From: Squalus acanthias
Taxonomy: Eukaryota
Length of the DNA stretch: 64,000 nucleotides
Direction of reading: 5' to 3'
Assembly: GCA_030390025.1 (NCBI GenBank)
Contig: CM059432.1
Span: 93,560,001-93,624,000, forward strand
This document shows, one piece after another, positions 1 to 13,840 of the stretch. Below the pieces are notes generated by a model. The model ran no database searches. It was not told the origin of the DNA and saw only the letters and a list, made by a program, of their open reading frames with translations. The position numbers and the translations under genes were made by a program. Every line of letters starts with the position of its first letter. Positions within the stretch are counted from its first letter, which is position 1.

Positions 1-39
1 TTAAAACTAAAATTATTGGGTAATTCATAAATATATTAC

Positions 40-390
40 TCTGTTCCAGAGGGAGAGAAGGAAAAACTGGGTAACCATAGACCAGTTAATACAGTATCAG
101 TTGTGGACAAATTTCTAGAATCCAAAAGTTGAGATAAAATTAATGAGCACTTAGAAATGCATGGGTTAATCAAGCTCAATCAGCATAGATTTGTTTAAGG
201 CAAGTCATTTTTGAAGAAGAGACCAATTGGACAGGTAAAGGGAATGCAGTAGATGCAGCATATATGGATTTTCAGAAGGCATACAAGATGGCTCAAAGAA
301 GGCTCATTCCAAAATTGAGACTTATGGTACAAGAAAATGTAACAGCATGGATATTAAGTTGTTTGACAGACCTGAAACAAATTGTCATGA
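40..390 (+). mobile_element. Degraded CR1-clade LINE ORF2 (RT) fragment
   Basis: Decayed versions of the GNYRPVS and [10 protein letters not shown] motifs found in the better-preserved CR1 copies in this window. Confidence 0.75.
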
Positions 391-434
391 TGTTGGGTGT
401 TCCTCGGACCGGCGTCGGATGCCCTCCGAGCCCA

Positions 435-3400
435 CCCTTCCAATACCCTCTCCTCCTCCCCTCCGATACCTTCTCCGATCTCCTCTACCCCCCGATACCC
501 TCTCCTCTCCCCCCCCCGCCCGATACCCTCTCCCCCCCCATCCCCGCTCCTCTCCCCCCCCATTCCCTCTCCACTGCCCCCATCCCCTCTCCCCCCCATC
601 CCCTCCCCTCTCCTCTCCCACCCCTCCCCTCTTCCCCCCATCCCCTCCCCTCTCCTCTCCCCCCCCTCCCCTCTCCCCCCCCTCCCCTCTCCTCTCCCCC
701 CCTCCCCTCTTCCCCCCCATCCCCTCCCCTCTCCTCTCCCCCCCCTCCCCTCTTCCCCCCCATCCCCTCCCCTCTCCTCTCCCCCCCCTCCCCTCTTCCC
801 CCCCATCCCCTCCCCTCTCCTCTCCCCCCCCTCCCCTCTTCCCCCCCATCCCCTCCCCTCTCCTCTCCCCCCCCTCCCCTCTTCCCCCCCATCCCCTCCC
901 CTCTCCTCTCCCCCCCCTCCCCTCTTCCCCCCATCCCCTCTCCTCTCCCCCCCCATCCCCTCTCCTCTCCCCCCCATCCCCTCTCCTCTCCCCCCCATCC
1001 CCTCTCCTCTCCCCCCCCCATCCCCTCTCCTCTCCCCCCCCCATCCCCTCTCCTCTCCCCCCCCCATCCCCTCTCCTCTCCCCCCCCCCATCCCCTCTCC
1101 TCTTCCCCCCCCCATCCCCTCTCCTCTCCCCCCCCCATCCCCTCTCCTCTCCCCCCCCCATCCCCTCTCCTCTCCCCCCCCATCCCCTCTCCTCTCCCCC
1201 CCCATCCCCTCTCCTCTCCCCCCCCCATCCCCTCTCCTCTCCCCCCCATCCCCTCTCCTCTCCCCCCCATCCCCTCTCCTCTCCCCCCCATCCCCTCTCC
1301 TCTCCCCCCCATCCCCTCTCCTCTCCCCCCCATCCCCTCTCCTCTCCCCCCCATCCCCTCTCCTCTCCCCTCTCCTCTCCACACCCCCCCATCCCCTCTC
1401 CTCTCCCCTCTCCTCTCCACACCCCCCCATCCCCTCTCCTCTCCACACCCCCCCATCCCCTCTCCTCTCCCCCCCCCATCCCCTCTCCTCTCCCCCCCCC
1501 ATCCCCTCTCCTCTCCCCCCCCCATCCCCTCTCCTCTCCCCCCCCATCCCCTCTCCTCTCCCCCCCCCATCCCCTCTCCTCTCCCCCCCATCCCCTCTCC
1601 TCTCCCCCCCATCCCCTCTCCTCTCCCCCCCATCCCCTCTCCTCTCCCCCCCATCCCCTCTCCACACCCCCCCATCCCCTCTCCTCTCCCCTCTCCTCTC
1701 CACACCCCCCCATCCCCTCTCCTCTCCACACCCCCCCATCCCCTCTCCTCTCCACACCCCCCCATCCCCTCTCCTCTCCACACCCCCCCATCCCCTCTCC
1801 TCTCCACACCCCCCCATCCCCTCTCCTCTCCACACCCCCCCATCCCCTCTCCTCTCCACACCCCCCCATCCCCTCTCCTCTCCACACCCCCCCATCCCCT
1901 CTCCTCTCCACACCCCCCCATCCCCTCTCCTCTCCACACCCCCCCATCCCCTCTCCTCTCCACACCCCCCCATCCCCTCTCCTCTCCACACCCCCCCCAT
2001 CCCCTCTCCTCTCCACACCCCCCCATCCCCTCTCCTCTCCACACCCCCCCATCCCCTCTCCTCTCCACACCCCCCCATCCCCTCTCCTCTCCACACCCCC
2101 CCATCCCCTCTCCTCTCCACACCCCCCCATCCCCTCTCCTCTCCACACCCCCCCATCCCCTCTCCTCTCCACACCCCCCCATCCCCTCTCCTCTCCACAC
2201 CCCCCCATCCCCTCTCCTCTCCACACCCCCCCATCCCCTCTCCTCTCCACACCCCCCCATCCCCTCTCCTCTCCACACCCCCCCATCCCCTCTCCTCTCC
2301 ACACCCCCCCATCCCCTCTCCTCTCCACACCCCCCCATCCCCTCTCCTCTCCACACCCCCCATCCCCTCTCCTCTCCACACCCCCCCATCCCCTCTCCTC
2401 TCCACACCCCCCCCATCCCCTCTCCTCTCCACACCCCCCCATCCCCTCTCCTCTCCACACCCCCCCATCCCCTCTCCTCTCCACACCCCCCCATCCCCTC
2501 TCCTCTCCACACCCCCCCATCCCCTCTCCTCTCCACACCCCCCCATCCCCTCTCCTCTCCACACCCCCCCATCCCCTCTCCTCTCCACACCCCCCCATCC
2601 CCTCTCCTCTCCACACCCCCCCATCCCCTCTCCTCTCCACACCCCCCCATCCCCTCTCCTCTCCACACCCCCCCATCCCCTCTCCTCTCCACACCCCCCC
2701 CATCCCCTCTCCTCTCCACACCCCCCATCCCCTCTCCATCCCCATCCCCTCTCCCCCCCATCCCCTCTCTCCGCCCCATCCCCTCTCCCGCCCCATCCCC
2801 TCTCCCGCCCCATCCCCTCTCCTCATATCCCCTCTCCCCCCATCCCCTCTCCTCTCCCCCCATTCCCTCTCCTCTCCCCTTCCCCATTCCCTCTCCTCTC
2901 CCCCCCCCCCCCATCCCCTCTCCTCTCGCCCCCCCCATCCCCTCTCCTCTCGCCCCCCCCCATCCCCTCTCCTCTCCTCGCCCCCCCCCATCCCCTCTCC
3001 TCTCCTCGCCCCCCCCCATCCCCTCACCTCTCCCCGCCCCCCCCCATCCCCTCACCTCTCCCCCCCCCCCATCCCCTCTCCTCTCCTCTCCCCCCCCCAT
3101 CCCCTCTCCTCTCCTCTTCCCCCCCATCCCCTCTCCTCTCCTCTTCCCCCTCCCATCCCCTCTCCTCTCCTCTTCCCCCCCCATCCCCTCTCCTCTCCTC
3201 TCCCCCCTCCCATCCCCTCTCCTCTCCTCTCCCCCCTCCCATCCCCTCTCCCCCCCCATCCCCTCTCCCCCCCCCCATCCCCTCTCCCCCCCCCCATCCC
3301 CTCTCCTCTCCCCCCCGCATCCCCTCTCCCCCCCCATCCCCTCTCCCCCCCCATCCCCTCTCCCCCCCCATCCCCTCTCCCCCCCCATCCCCTCTCCCCC

Positions 3401-5875
3401 CCCATCCCCTCTCCTCTCCCCCCCCCTCTCCTCTCCCCCCCCCCATCCCCTCTCCTCTCCCCCCCATCCCCTCTCCTCTCCCCCCCATCCCCTCTCCTCT
3501 CCCCCCCATCCCCTCTCCTCTCCCCCCCATCCCCTCTCCTCTCCCCCCCATCCCCTCTCCTCTCCCCCCCATCCCCTCTCCATCCCCATCCCCTCTCCCC
3601 CCCATCCCCTCTCCCGCCCCATCCCCTCTCCTCATATCCCCTCTCCCCCCATCCCCTCTCCTCTCCCCCCATCCCCTCTCCTCTCCCCTTCCCCATTCCC
3701 TCTCCTCTCCCCCCCCCCCCATCCCCTCTCCTCTCACCCCCCCCATCCCCTCTCCTCGCCCCCCCCATCCCCTCTCCTCGCCCCCCCCATCCCCTCTCCT
3801 CTCCTCGCCCCCCCCCCCATCCCCTCTCCTCTCCTCTCCCCCCCCATCCCCTCTGCTCTCCTCTCCCCCCCCCATCCCCTCTCCTCTCCTCTCCCCCCCG
3901 CATCCCCTCTCCCCCCCCATCCCCTCTCCCCCCCCCATCCCCTCTCCTCTCCCCCCCCCATCCCCTCTCCTCTCCCCCCTCCCATCCCCTCTCCTCTCCC
4001 CCCCCCATCCCCTCTCCTCTCCCCCCCCCCATCCCCTCTCCTCTCCCCCCCCCATCCCCTCTCCTCTCCCCCCCCCATCCCCTCTCCTCTCCCCCCCCCA
4101 TCCCCTCTCCACTCCCCCCCCCATCCCCTCTCCTCTCCCCCCCCATCCCCTCTCCTCTCCCCCCCCATCCCCTCTCCTCTCCCCCCCCATCCCCTCTCCT
4201 CTCCCCCCCCATCCCCTCTCCTCTCCCCCCCCATCCCCTCTCCTCTCCCCCCCCATCCCCTCTCCTCTCCCCCCCCATCCCCTCTCCTCTCCCCCCCCAT
4301 CCCCTCTCCTCTCCCCCCCCATCCCCTCTCCTCTCCCCCCCCATCCCCTCTCCTCTCCCCCCCCATCCCCTCTCCTCTCCCCCCCCATCCCCTCTCCTCT
4401 CCCCCCCCATCCCCTCTCCTCTCCCCCCCCATCCCCTCTCCTCTCCCCCCCCATCCCCTCTCCTCTCCCCCCCCATCCCCTCTCCTCTCCCCCCTCCCAT
4501 CCCCTCTCCTCTCCCCCCTCCCATCCCCTCTCCTCTCCCCCCTCCATCCCCTCTCCTCTCCCCCTCCCCATCCCCTCTCCTCTCTCCCTCCCCATCCCCT
4601 CTCCTCTCTCCCTCCCCATCCCCTCTCCTCTCCCCCCATCCCCTCTCCTCTCCCCCCATCCCCTCTCCTCTCCCCCCCATCCCCTCTCCTCTCCCCCCCA
4701 TCCCCTCTCCTCTCCCCCCCATCCCCTCTCCTCTCCCCCCCATCCCCTCTCCCCCCCATCCCCTCTCCTCTCCCCCCCATCCCCTCTCCTCTCCCCCCAT
4801 CCCCTCTCCTCTCCCCCCCATCCCCTCTCCTCTCCCCCCCATCCCCTCTCCTCTCCCCCCCATCCCCTCTCCTCTCCCCCCCATCCCCTCTCCTCTCCCC
4901 CCCATCCCCTCTCCTCTCCCCCCCCCCGCCCGATACCCTCTCCTCTCCCCCCCGCCCGATACCCTCTCCTCTCCCCATTCCCCCCGATACCCTCTCCTCT
5001 CCCCATTCCCCCCGATACCCTCTCCTCTCCCCCCCCCCCACCCGATACCCTCTCTCTCCCCCCCCGCCCGATACCCTCTCCTCTCCCCATTCCCCCCGAT
5101 ACCCTCTCCTCTCCCCATTCCCCCCGATACCCTCTCCTCTCCCCCCCCCGCCCGATACCCTCTCCTCTCCCCCCCCGCCCGATACCCTCTCCTCTTCCCA
5201 TTCCCCCCGATACCCTCTCCTCTCCCCCCCGCCCGATACCTTCTCCTCCCCCCCCTGCCCTGATACCTTCTCCTCCCCCCCCCGCCCTGATACCTTCTCC
5301 TCCCCCCCCCCCCGCCACCTTCTCCTCCCCCCCCCCCGCCCTGATACCTTCTCCCCCCCCCCGCCCTGATACCTTCTCCTCCCCCCCGCCCTGATACCTT
5401 CTCCTCCCCCCCTGCCCTGATACCTTCTCCTCCCCCCCCCGCCCTGATACCTTCTCCTCCCCCCCCCGCCCTGATACCTTCTCCTCCCCCCCCCGCCCTG
5501 ATACCTTCTCCTCCCCCCCCCGCCCTGATACCTTCTCCTCCCCCCCCTGCCCTGATACCTTCTCCTCCCCCCCCCGCCCTGATACCTTCTCCTCCCCCCC
5601 CTGCCCTGATACCTTCTCCTCCCCCCCCCCGCCCTGATACCTTCTCCTCCCCCCCCCCACCCTGATACCTTCTCCTCCCCCCCCGCCCTGATACCTTCTC
5701 CTCCCCCCCTGCCCTGATACCTTCTCCTCCCCCCCCCGCCCTGATACCTTCTCCTCCCCCCCCCTGCCCTGATACCTTCTCCTCCCCCCCCCTGCCCTGA
5801 TACCTTCTCCTCCCCCCCCCTGCCCTGATACCCTCTCCTCCCCCCACCACCCCCCGATACCCTCTCCAATCTCCT
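435..5875. repeat. ~5.4-kb C/T-rich compound minisatellite with ~20-28-bp units
   Basis: Tandem units such as CCCCCCATCCCCTCTCCTCT, CCACACCCCCCCATCCCCTCTCCTCT and CCCGCCCTGATACCTTCTCCTCCCC are read directly; the + strand has almost no G. Confidence 0.98.
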
Positions 5876-6349
5876 GACCTTCTCCCCAAACAGTTGCAGC
5901 ACAATCAGGCGGAAACTTTGGCCCAGAGTCTCCACCCGGTTGGGGGGGGGGGGGGAGAGCTGGGGCGGGGGGTGAAATGATCGCTCCAGAAATACCCACA
6001 CAGACAGTAAGCAGTGTTGAAGCTCCGGCCCCGCGGCTATAGAGCCAGAGTCTGGTCCCCACACCCAGACTCCCACCGCAAGGCTGTGGCCTACTGCTCA
6101 GGCCTACAAACGCCAGCCTGTCCCACAGATCACCAGCAATGGGAGGACAAGGGCCCTCCGGTGCGCATGCACAGCCGCAATGTTGGTTGCGCATGCGCAG
6201 CTCCAGTGGGGGCGGGATGGCATTTGTGCAAATGGGCACCCCCATGTTTGTGCAAATAATCACACCATTAAAAATACTTGATTGGTTGTAATTCACTTTG
6301 GGATGTCCTTAGGTGCTATATAAATGCAAGTCATCTCGCCTATACTAGG

Positions 6350-6745
6350 ACTGATGCCACTGGAGCACAGAAAAGTAAGGGAAGAATTAATAGAGATTTC
6401 TAAAATTTGAACAGTTTTGATGGGGTAAATAGGGAAAGGCTATTTCCTCTGGTTATGGAGTCAGTGACGAGGGTCATCAATTTAAAATTGACACGAAGAG
6501 TAAGGAGAGATGTTAGAAGAAACTATGTAGAAAGTTGTTAAGTACGGAATGCTTTGTTACGGAAAGTATTCGAGGCAGAGATCATTGCATCTTTTAAGGG
6601 AAAAGTGGATAAATATTCGAAGCAGAGAAAGGAAGATGGAGAGAGCATAGCAAAGGGATTAACTTTGGATTGCTCGGGCAAAGAGCAGGCACAGACACAA
6701 TGGGCTGAATAGTGTCTTTCTGTGCTGTAAATTTCTCGGTTAAGT
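6350..6745 (+). mobile_element. Degraded CR1 LINE 3' end
   Basis: Resembles the RGDLIEVFKI...LFPL region and the 3' tail (atgggctgaatag...ttctgtgctgtaaatttct) of other CR1 copies. Confidence 0.7.
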
Positions 6746-7629
6746 ATAGGTAGCTTATAATTTTAATAATTTGTTCCCAAGAGTTGAAAGCCACATTATC
6801 GAGCAACTTCCTTCATGGGAGAGTCTGAAGAGAACCATTTATTGTTAGCTCCAATCTGCTGACAGAAAGTAATTGAATCTCATTCCATTTTATCAGCAAT
6901 TTATGAATGGTTAATGGAAATGATCTTAACTAGCACAAAGTAAAGACAAAGGTTACTGTTATGCCCATCCTAATCCCATTGTACTGGTAGCCAACATATT
7001 TGCCATTATCTACAGTACATCCAAGTATTATTAATGTATTTGGAGACAATGAGCTTAATCACTGACAAGCTGTGGGCTGTCTAGTGCCAAAGTATCAAAA
7101 TAACCTATTAAAAACACTGACAAAATGAAGCATTTATGTCTTTGTTAAATCATCTATTGGCTCTGTTACTGCTGGCCACAATATACACATAAGCTGACAG
7201 TGAATTATTGCTAGCTGTTTCCTATAAACTGGATAGAATTTACCCTTCAGTCTGGTTAATATTCACACCTCGCAATTCATGGTCTGATTGTTCGTATTAT
7301 ACCAGGACAGGGACCAATCTAGCAGGTAATGCAAACTATTTAGCATAGATCCTCCATTATATATACTAGATTATGGTTTCCCTGCCACTAGTTGCTAAGC
7401 AGCAAATGTGCTTGTGAATTTTGTAATTCTATATTCAAAAATCAACCAACTAAAGGTTACTGTTAATGTCGATGCACACTTTTAAAATTAAATTATAACC
7501 TGGTCTCCGAATACTACTCCTTCAATTACTTCTTTATTATTAAGACCATTTGACAAAGTAGCTTTGGGAACAAATCAGATTTTAATTGTGTATTGATCAG
7601 CAACATAACTGTCTAAAAGTTCACGACCA

Positions 7630-8428
7630 ATGCAGTGAAGCTATAACTAAAGCAAATAGGCTACTGGGCTGCAATCACAGGACTATTCAATATAAAATGA
7701 AACATACCATTTTGTCCTTGTACAAGACCTTGATTAGGCCTCATTTAGAATAGTGTCTCCAGTTTTGGTCCGCTCAAATAATGGGTGATAGAGGCTTTGA
7801 AAAAGGTTCAGAATAGGGCCACAAGATTAATTTCCAGTTTAAAACACCTTACAAAGCTGGGTCTATTTACTTTAGAACAGTGTAGATTCAGGGTGATTTC
7901 ATTGAAGTCTACAAAATAATGAAGGGATTGGATTGTATCCATATTGACAAATTATTTCAATTAGATCGGTTGAGGATGACCTGGGGTTGTGCTTCTACGT
8001 TAAACAAGGGTAGAACTAGGTTAGATGTTAGGCAATTCTTCTGTTTCCAGAGAATCGTTGAGCTTTGGAACAAGTTGTCGACTCGTGCGGCAAGAGCTAA
8101 TTCGCTGTATACCTTCAAAAGACAGCTGGACCGGTTCCTGGCTGCGGCATAGACCACAACATGCAAGAGGTAGGTGCCAAGTAAGACAAGTCATGATCAA
8201 TGTGATCTCATGGACTAGTTTTGATCGCTGGGGAGTTGGAGAGGAATTTTCCAGATTTTTTTCCCTAACTGGCCTTGGGTTTTTGTTTCTTCTCGCCTCC
8301 CAGGAGATTACATGGCTCCTGGTGGGTCGGGAGTGTCTCACTGTAATACTTAAGGCTTCACGACTGGATGGGTCAGGCTGGATGGACCAGTTGGTCTTTT
8401 CCTGTCTGAAATTTCTGTATTTTTTAAT
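7630..8428 (+). mobile_element. CR1-clade LINE 3' fragment (divergent subfamily)
   Basis: LYKTLIRPHLE..QFW and EVYKIMKGLD motifs followed by a 3' UTR. Confidence 0.75.
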
Positions 8429-8930
8429 GCAAGTATTATGGACTCAGTAGGGACTTGAGACAGTGTATGACACCTTACAAATTAGAACAGGATCATTAAC
8501 AGCAAGAGATGGAATTCAGCTTTCCTGTGAACCAAAAATTTTAATAATAAACTTTAAAAATTATGTGGATGAAGTCAATATACTTTGCTTTCTGAGGGAT
8601 AGAGGGTGCATATAATGTCAGATATGTGAGATCGCTTGAATTAACACATCTTCCAATGGCAATTTCAGTTGAACATATGTTACACTATGGTGATGAACTG
8701 GTACCAGAGTTTTGCCTCCTATCTTTATACTTCCTCTCTCAGGTCATACGCATAGCGATGTTCATGTGACGGGGGATTCAGTCGTCCCTACCTTGATGCT
8801 GACTGCTGTGGTCATCACACAATATTTTCCTTTGCCTTTATACGCCCAGTTCATTCTTCCCTTCACCCATAATTCCAAGCCCATTTTGCAGCTTCTCTCC
8901 TCAAAGCACTGGCTTTGGAGTGGGGGCAGT

Positions 8931-10038
8931 TAGAATCATAGAATGGTTACAGCACAGAAGGCAGCCATTCGGCCCGTCGAGCCCGTGCCGAATCTCAGCT
9001 AGTCCCACTCCCCCACCCTTTCCCCGTAGCCCTGCAATTTTTTTTCCTTCAGATACTTATCCAACTCCTTTTTAAAAGATAAGATTCAATCTGCCTCCAC
9101 CACCCTTTCAGGCAGTGCATTCCAGGTCTTAACCACTCGCTGCGTAAAAAAGGTTTTTCTTCCGTCGCCTTTGGTTCTTTCGCCAATTACCTTACATCTG
9201 TGTCCTCTGTTTCTCGACCCTTCTGCCAATGGGAACAGTTTCTCTCTATCTACTCTGTCCAGACCCCTCATGATTTTGAACACCTCCATCAAATCTCCTC
9301 TCAATCTTATCTGCTCCAAGGAGAACAACCCCAGCTTCTCCAGTCTATCAACGTAACTGAAGTCCCTCATTCCTGGAATCATTCTCGTAAATCTTTTCTG
9401 CACCCTCTCCAAGGCCTTCACATCCTTCCTAAAGTGTGGTGCCCAGAATTGGACGCAGTTCTCCAGTTGGGGCCGAACCAGTGTTTTATATAGGTTCATC
9501 ATAATTTCCACAATTTTGTACTCTATACCTCTATTTATGAAGCCCAGGATCCTGTAAGCCTTATTAACTGCTTTCTCAACCTGCCCTGCCACCTTCAATA
9601 ATTTGTGCACACATACCCCCAGGTCTCTCTGTTCACGCACCCCCTTTAGGAATGTACCATTTAGTTTATACGTCCTCTCCCCATTCTTGCTACCAAAATG
9701 TATCACTTCACACTTTTCTGCGTTAAATTTCATCTGCCACGTGTCCGCCCATTTCACCAGCCTGCTTATGTCTTCCTGAAGTCTATCACTCTCCTCCTCA
9801 CTGTTCACTACACTTCCAAGTTTTATGTCATCTGCAAATTTTGAAATTGTGCCCTGTACAACCACGTCCAAGTCATTAATATAGATCAAGAAAAGCAGTG
9901 GTCCTAGAACCAACCCCTGGGGAACACCACTGTATACCTTCCTCCAGTCCGAAAAATAACCGTTCACCACTACCCTCTGTTTCCTGTCACTTAGCCAATT
10001 TCGTATCCATGCTGCCACTGTCCCTTTTATTCCATGCG
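8931..10038 (-). mobile_element. CR1/HER1-like LINE, 3' part (RT C-terminus and tail)
   Basis: ORF 9086-10183 has GVPQGLVLGP, KFADD and LYKTLVRPQLE motifs; microsatellite-like tail at 8931. Confidence 0.95.
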
Positions 10039-10039
10039 T

Positions 10040-11897
10040 TGCATCCCAGGTTGCTAAGGGAATTGGGGGAGGAGATAGCAGAAGGGCTTGCCATAATTTT
10101 CCAATCTTCCCTAGATGCGGGGGAGGTACCTGAGGATTGGAAAATGGCAAATGTGACACTACAAAACTAGAACTTGGGGGCATAGTTTCAGAATAAAGGG
10201 TCGCCCTTTTAGAACTGAGATGAGGAGGAATTTTTTCTCAGAGGGTCGTAAATCTGTGGAATTCTCTGCCCCAGAGAGCCGTGAAGGCTGGGTCATTAAA
10301 TACATTTAAGGTGGAGATAGACAGATTTTTGCAAGATAAGGGAGTGAAGGGTTATGGGAAGCGGGCAAGGAAGTGGATTTGAGCCCAAGATCAGCCATGA
10401 TCTTATTGAATGGCGGAGCAGGCTCGAAGGGTCAAGTGGCCTATTCCTGCTCCTATTTCTTATGTTCTTATTGTTAAAGAAAGGGTGTAAGGACAATCCT
10501 AGTAACTACAGGCCGGTCAGTTTAACATCAGTGGTGGGTAAAGTTTTAGAAACAATAATCAAGGAAAAAAATTAACGGGCATTTGGAGAGGTTTAAGCTA
10601 ATTAAGGAGAGCCAACATGGATTTGTAAAAGGCAGATCGTGTTTGACTAATCTAATTGAATTTTTTGATGAAGTAACAGAGGATTGATGAAGGGAATGCA
10701 ACGGATGTGGTCTACATGGATATTAGGAAGGCATTTGACAAAGTACCACATAGAAGGCTGGTTAACAAAATTGAGGCTCATGGAATAGGTGGGTCAGTGG
10801 CAGCTAGGATAAGGAATTGGCTTAAGGACAGAAAACAGCGAGTTGTGGTAAAAGGCTGTTTTTCAGACTGGAGGATGGTAGACAGTGGTGTTCCCCAAGG
10901 GTCAGTGCTGGGGCCACTGCTTTTTTTCATATATAAATGACCTGGATATTGGAATACAGAGTAGAATTTCTAAATTTGCCGATGACACCAAACTTGGGGG
11001 TGTGGCAAACAGTGAGGATGATCCCAATCGACTGCAACAGGACTTAGAAAGGCTAGCAGAATGGGCAGACAAGTGGCAGATGGAATTTAATACAGAGAAG
11101 TGTGAGGTGATGCATTTTGGCAGAAGGAACAGGGAGGCGCAATATACACTTCATGGCACAGTTTTAAAGAGTGTGCAGGGACAGAGGGACCTGAGAGTTA
11201 ATGTGCATAAGTCCCTGAAGGTGGCAGGATATATTGAAAGCGTGGTTAGCAAAGCATATGGGATCTTGGGTTTCATAAATAGAGGTATTGAGTACAAAAG
11301 TAGAGAAGTTATGCTGAACCTTTATAAAGCGCTGGTTAGGCCACAACTGGAGTATTGCGTCCAGTTCTGGTCACCACACTTTAGGAAGGATGTGAAGGCC
11401 CGAGAGGGTGCAGAGGAGATTTACCAGAATGATTCTGAGGATGGGGGATCTTAGTTACAAGGACAGGTTGGAGAAGCTGGATTTGTTTTCATTAGAGCAA
11501 AGGAGGTTGAGGGGTGATTTGACAGAGGTGTACAAGATTATGACAGGTTTGGGTAGGCTAGACGGGGAAAGGCTGTTCCCACTAGTTGTTGGTACAAGGA
11601 CTAGGGGACACAGATTTAAGGTTTTGGGCAAGAGATACAGGGGGGGACGTGAGGAAAAACCTTTTTACGCAGCGAGTGGTGAGGACCTGGAACTCGCTGC
11701 CGACGGAAGTGGTGGAAGCGGAGACATTCAATGTTTTCAAGGGGAGACTGGGTAGGCACGCGAGGGAAATAAACTTGCAGGGCTACAGGGATAGAGCGGG
11801 GGAATGGGACTGACTGGATTGCGCTACAGAGAGCCGGCACAGACTCGATGGGCCGAATGGCCTCCTTCTGTGCCATTATGACTCTATGACCCTATGA
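10040..11897 (+). mobile_element. 5'-truncated CR1 LINE inserted in the minus-strand CR1
   Basis: Frameshifted RT motifs ([24 protein letters not shown]); tail ctatgaccctatga at ~11897. Confidence 0.95.
10170..10470 (+). mobile_element. Short CR1/HER1 3'-end copy nested in the 10040-11897 element
   Basis: Ends in cctgctcctatttcttatgttctta; splits the host ANVT/LFKKG coding motif. Confidence 0.9.
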
Positions 11898-13840
11898 CTT
11901 TGCTGGCATGCCTATTATGTGGCACTTTGTCAAACGCCTTTTGGAAATCCATGTACACTACATCAACCGCATTACCCTCATCAATCCTCTCTGTTACCTC
12001 ATCAAAAAACTCGATCAAGTTTTTTTAAACACGATTTGCCTTTAACAAATCTGTGCTGGCTTTCCTTAATTAATCCACACCTATCCAAGTGACTGTTAAT
12101 TTTGTCCCTGATTACTGTTTCTAAAAGCTTCCCCACTACCGAGGTTAAACTGACTGGCCTGTAGTTGCTGGGTTTATCTTTACACCCTTTTTTGAACAAT
12201 GGTGTAACATTTGCAATTCTCCAGTCCTCTGGCACCACCCCCGTATCTATGGAGGATTGGAAGATTATGGCCAGTACCTCTGCGATTTCCTCCCTCAATT
12301 TCCTCAGCATCCTAGGATGCATCCCATCCGCTCCTGGTGATTTATCTACTTTAAGTACAGCCAGCCTTTCTAATACCTACTCTTTATCAATTTTTATCCC
12401 ATCAAGTGTCTCCACTACCTCCTCCGTCACTATGTCTATGACAGCATCCTCTTCCTTGGTGAAGACAGATGCAAAGTACTCATTTAGTACCTCAGCCATA
12501 CCCTCTGCCTCCATGCATAGGTCTCCTTTTTGGTCCCTAATCGGCCCCACCCCTCCTCTTACTACCCGTTTATTATTTATATGCCTGTAGAAGACTTTTG
12601 GATTACCTTTTATGTTGGCTTCCATTCTATTCTATTATACCCTCTCTTTGCCCCTGTCATCTGTCATACACACTCTTTTTCTGCTTCATCATATTCTCTA
12701 TCTGTTTCGTCATCCAGGGAGCCCTGACTTTAGTTGCCCTGCCTTTCCCCCTAGTGGGAATGTACCTCAACTGTACGTGAACTATTTCCGCTTTAAAGGC
12801 AGCCCATTGTTCCATTACAGTTTTGCCTGCCAATCTTTGATTCCAGTTTACCCGGGCCAGATCCGTTTTCATCCCACGAAATTGGCCTTCCCCCAGTTAA
12901 ACATTTTTACTCTAGATTGCGCCCTGTCCTTTTCCATAGCTAATCTAAACCTTAAGATACTATGAATAGTGTTCCCTAAAAGTTCACCTACTGACACTTG
13001 CTCCACTTGACCTACTTCATTCCCCAGAACCAGATTAGGCAATGCCTCCTCCCTCGCCGGGCCGGAAACATACTGATCAAGAAAGTTCTCCTGAACACAC
13101 TTCAGAAATTCTTCCCCTTCTCTGCCCATTACACTATTACGATCCCAGTCTATATTAGGATAGTTGAAGTCCCCCATTATTACTACTCTATAGTTCTTGT
13201 ACTGCTCTGTAATTTGCCTACAAATTTGCTCCTCTATATACTTGCTACTAGTTGGTGGCCTATAGAATACACCTAGTAGTGTAATGGCACCTCTATTATT
13301 TCTTAACTCTAGCCATATAGATTCTGTCCTTGACCCCTCCAGGACATCCTCCCTCTCCAGCACTGTAACATTCTCCTTAACGAATACTGCCACACCCCCT
13401 CCTATCTTTCCTGAACATCTTATAACCAGGAATATTTAAAACCCAATCCTGCCCTTTTTTGAGCCAGGTCTGTTATTGCCATCTCATATTCCAATGTGGC
13501 TATTTGTGCCTGCAGCTCACTTACTTTATTTACTACACTTCGTACGTTCACATACATACACTGTAAACTCATCTTAGACCATCCTGTATTCTCTTAGTTT
13601 GACCCCACCTAATACCTTACCATTTCTTAGTTTAGTGCTCTATGCCTCTCCCAATCCTTTGTGCACTTTATTTCCCCTTTCTAATGTTACATCCTGGTGC
13701 CCACCCCCCTGCCAAATTAGTTTAAACCCTCCCCAACTGCACTAGCAAACCTCCCCGCGAGGATATTGGTTCCGGCCATGTTGAGGTGCAACCCGACCGG
13801 CCTGTACAGGTCCCACCTCCCCCAGAACCGGCCCCAATGC
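11898..13840 (-). mobile_element. CR1 LINE 5' part (RT N-terminus, APE endonuclease, probable ORF1 end); continuation of 8931-10038
   Basis: GVFYRPP, IMGDFNYP and NYRPVSLTSVVGK motifs; colinear with the 30350-33126 copy across the junction. Confidence 0.93.

Noticed and set aside
1700..2720. Regular ~25-bp repeat array as a possible CRISPR
   Set aside because: Head-to-tail units with no unique spacers, no cas genes, vertebrate context
264..6296. Giant Pro/Ser-rich and Gly/Arg/Glu-rich ORFs (extensin-like)
   Set aside because: All six frames are open because the repeat lacks stop codons; variable C-run lengths shift frames constantly, so there is no sign of coding constraint
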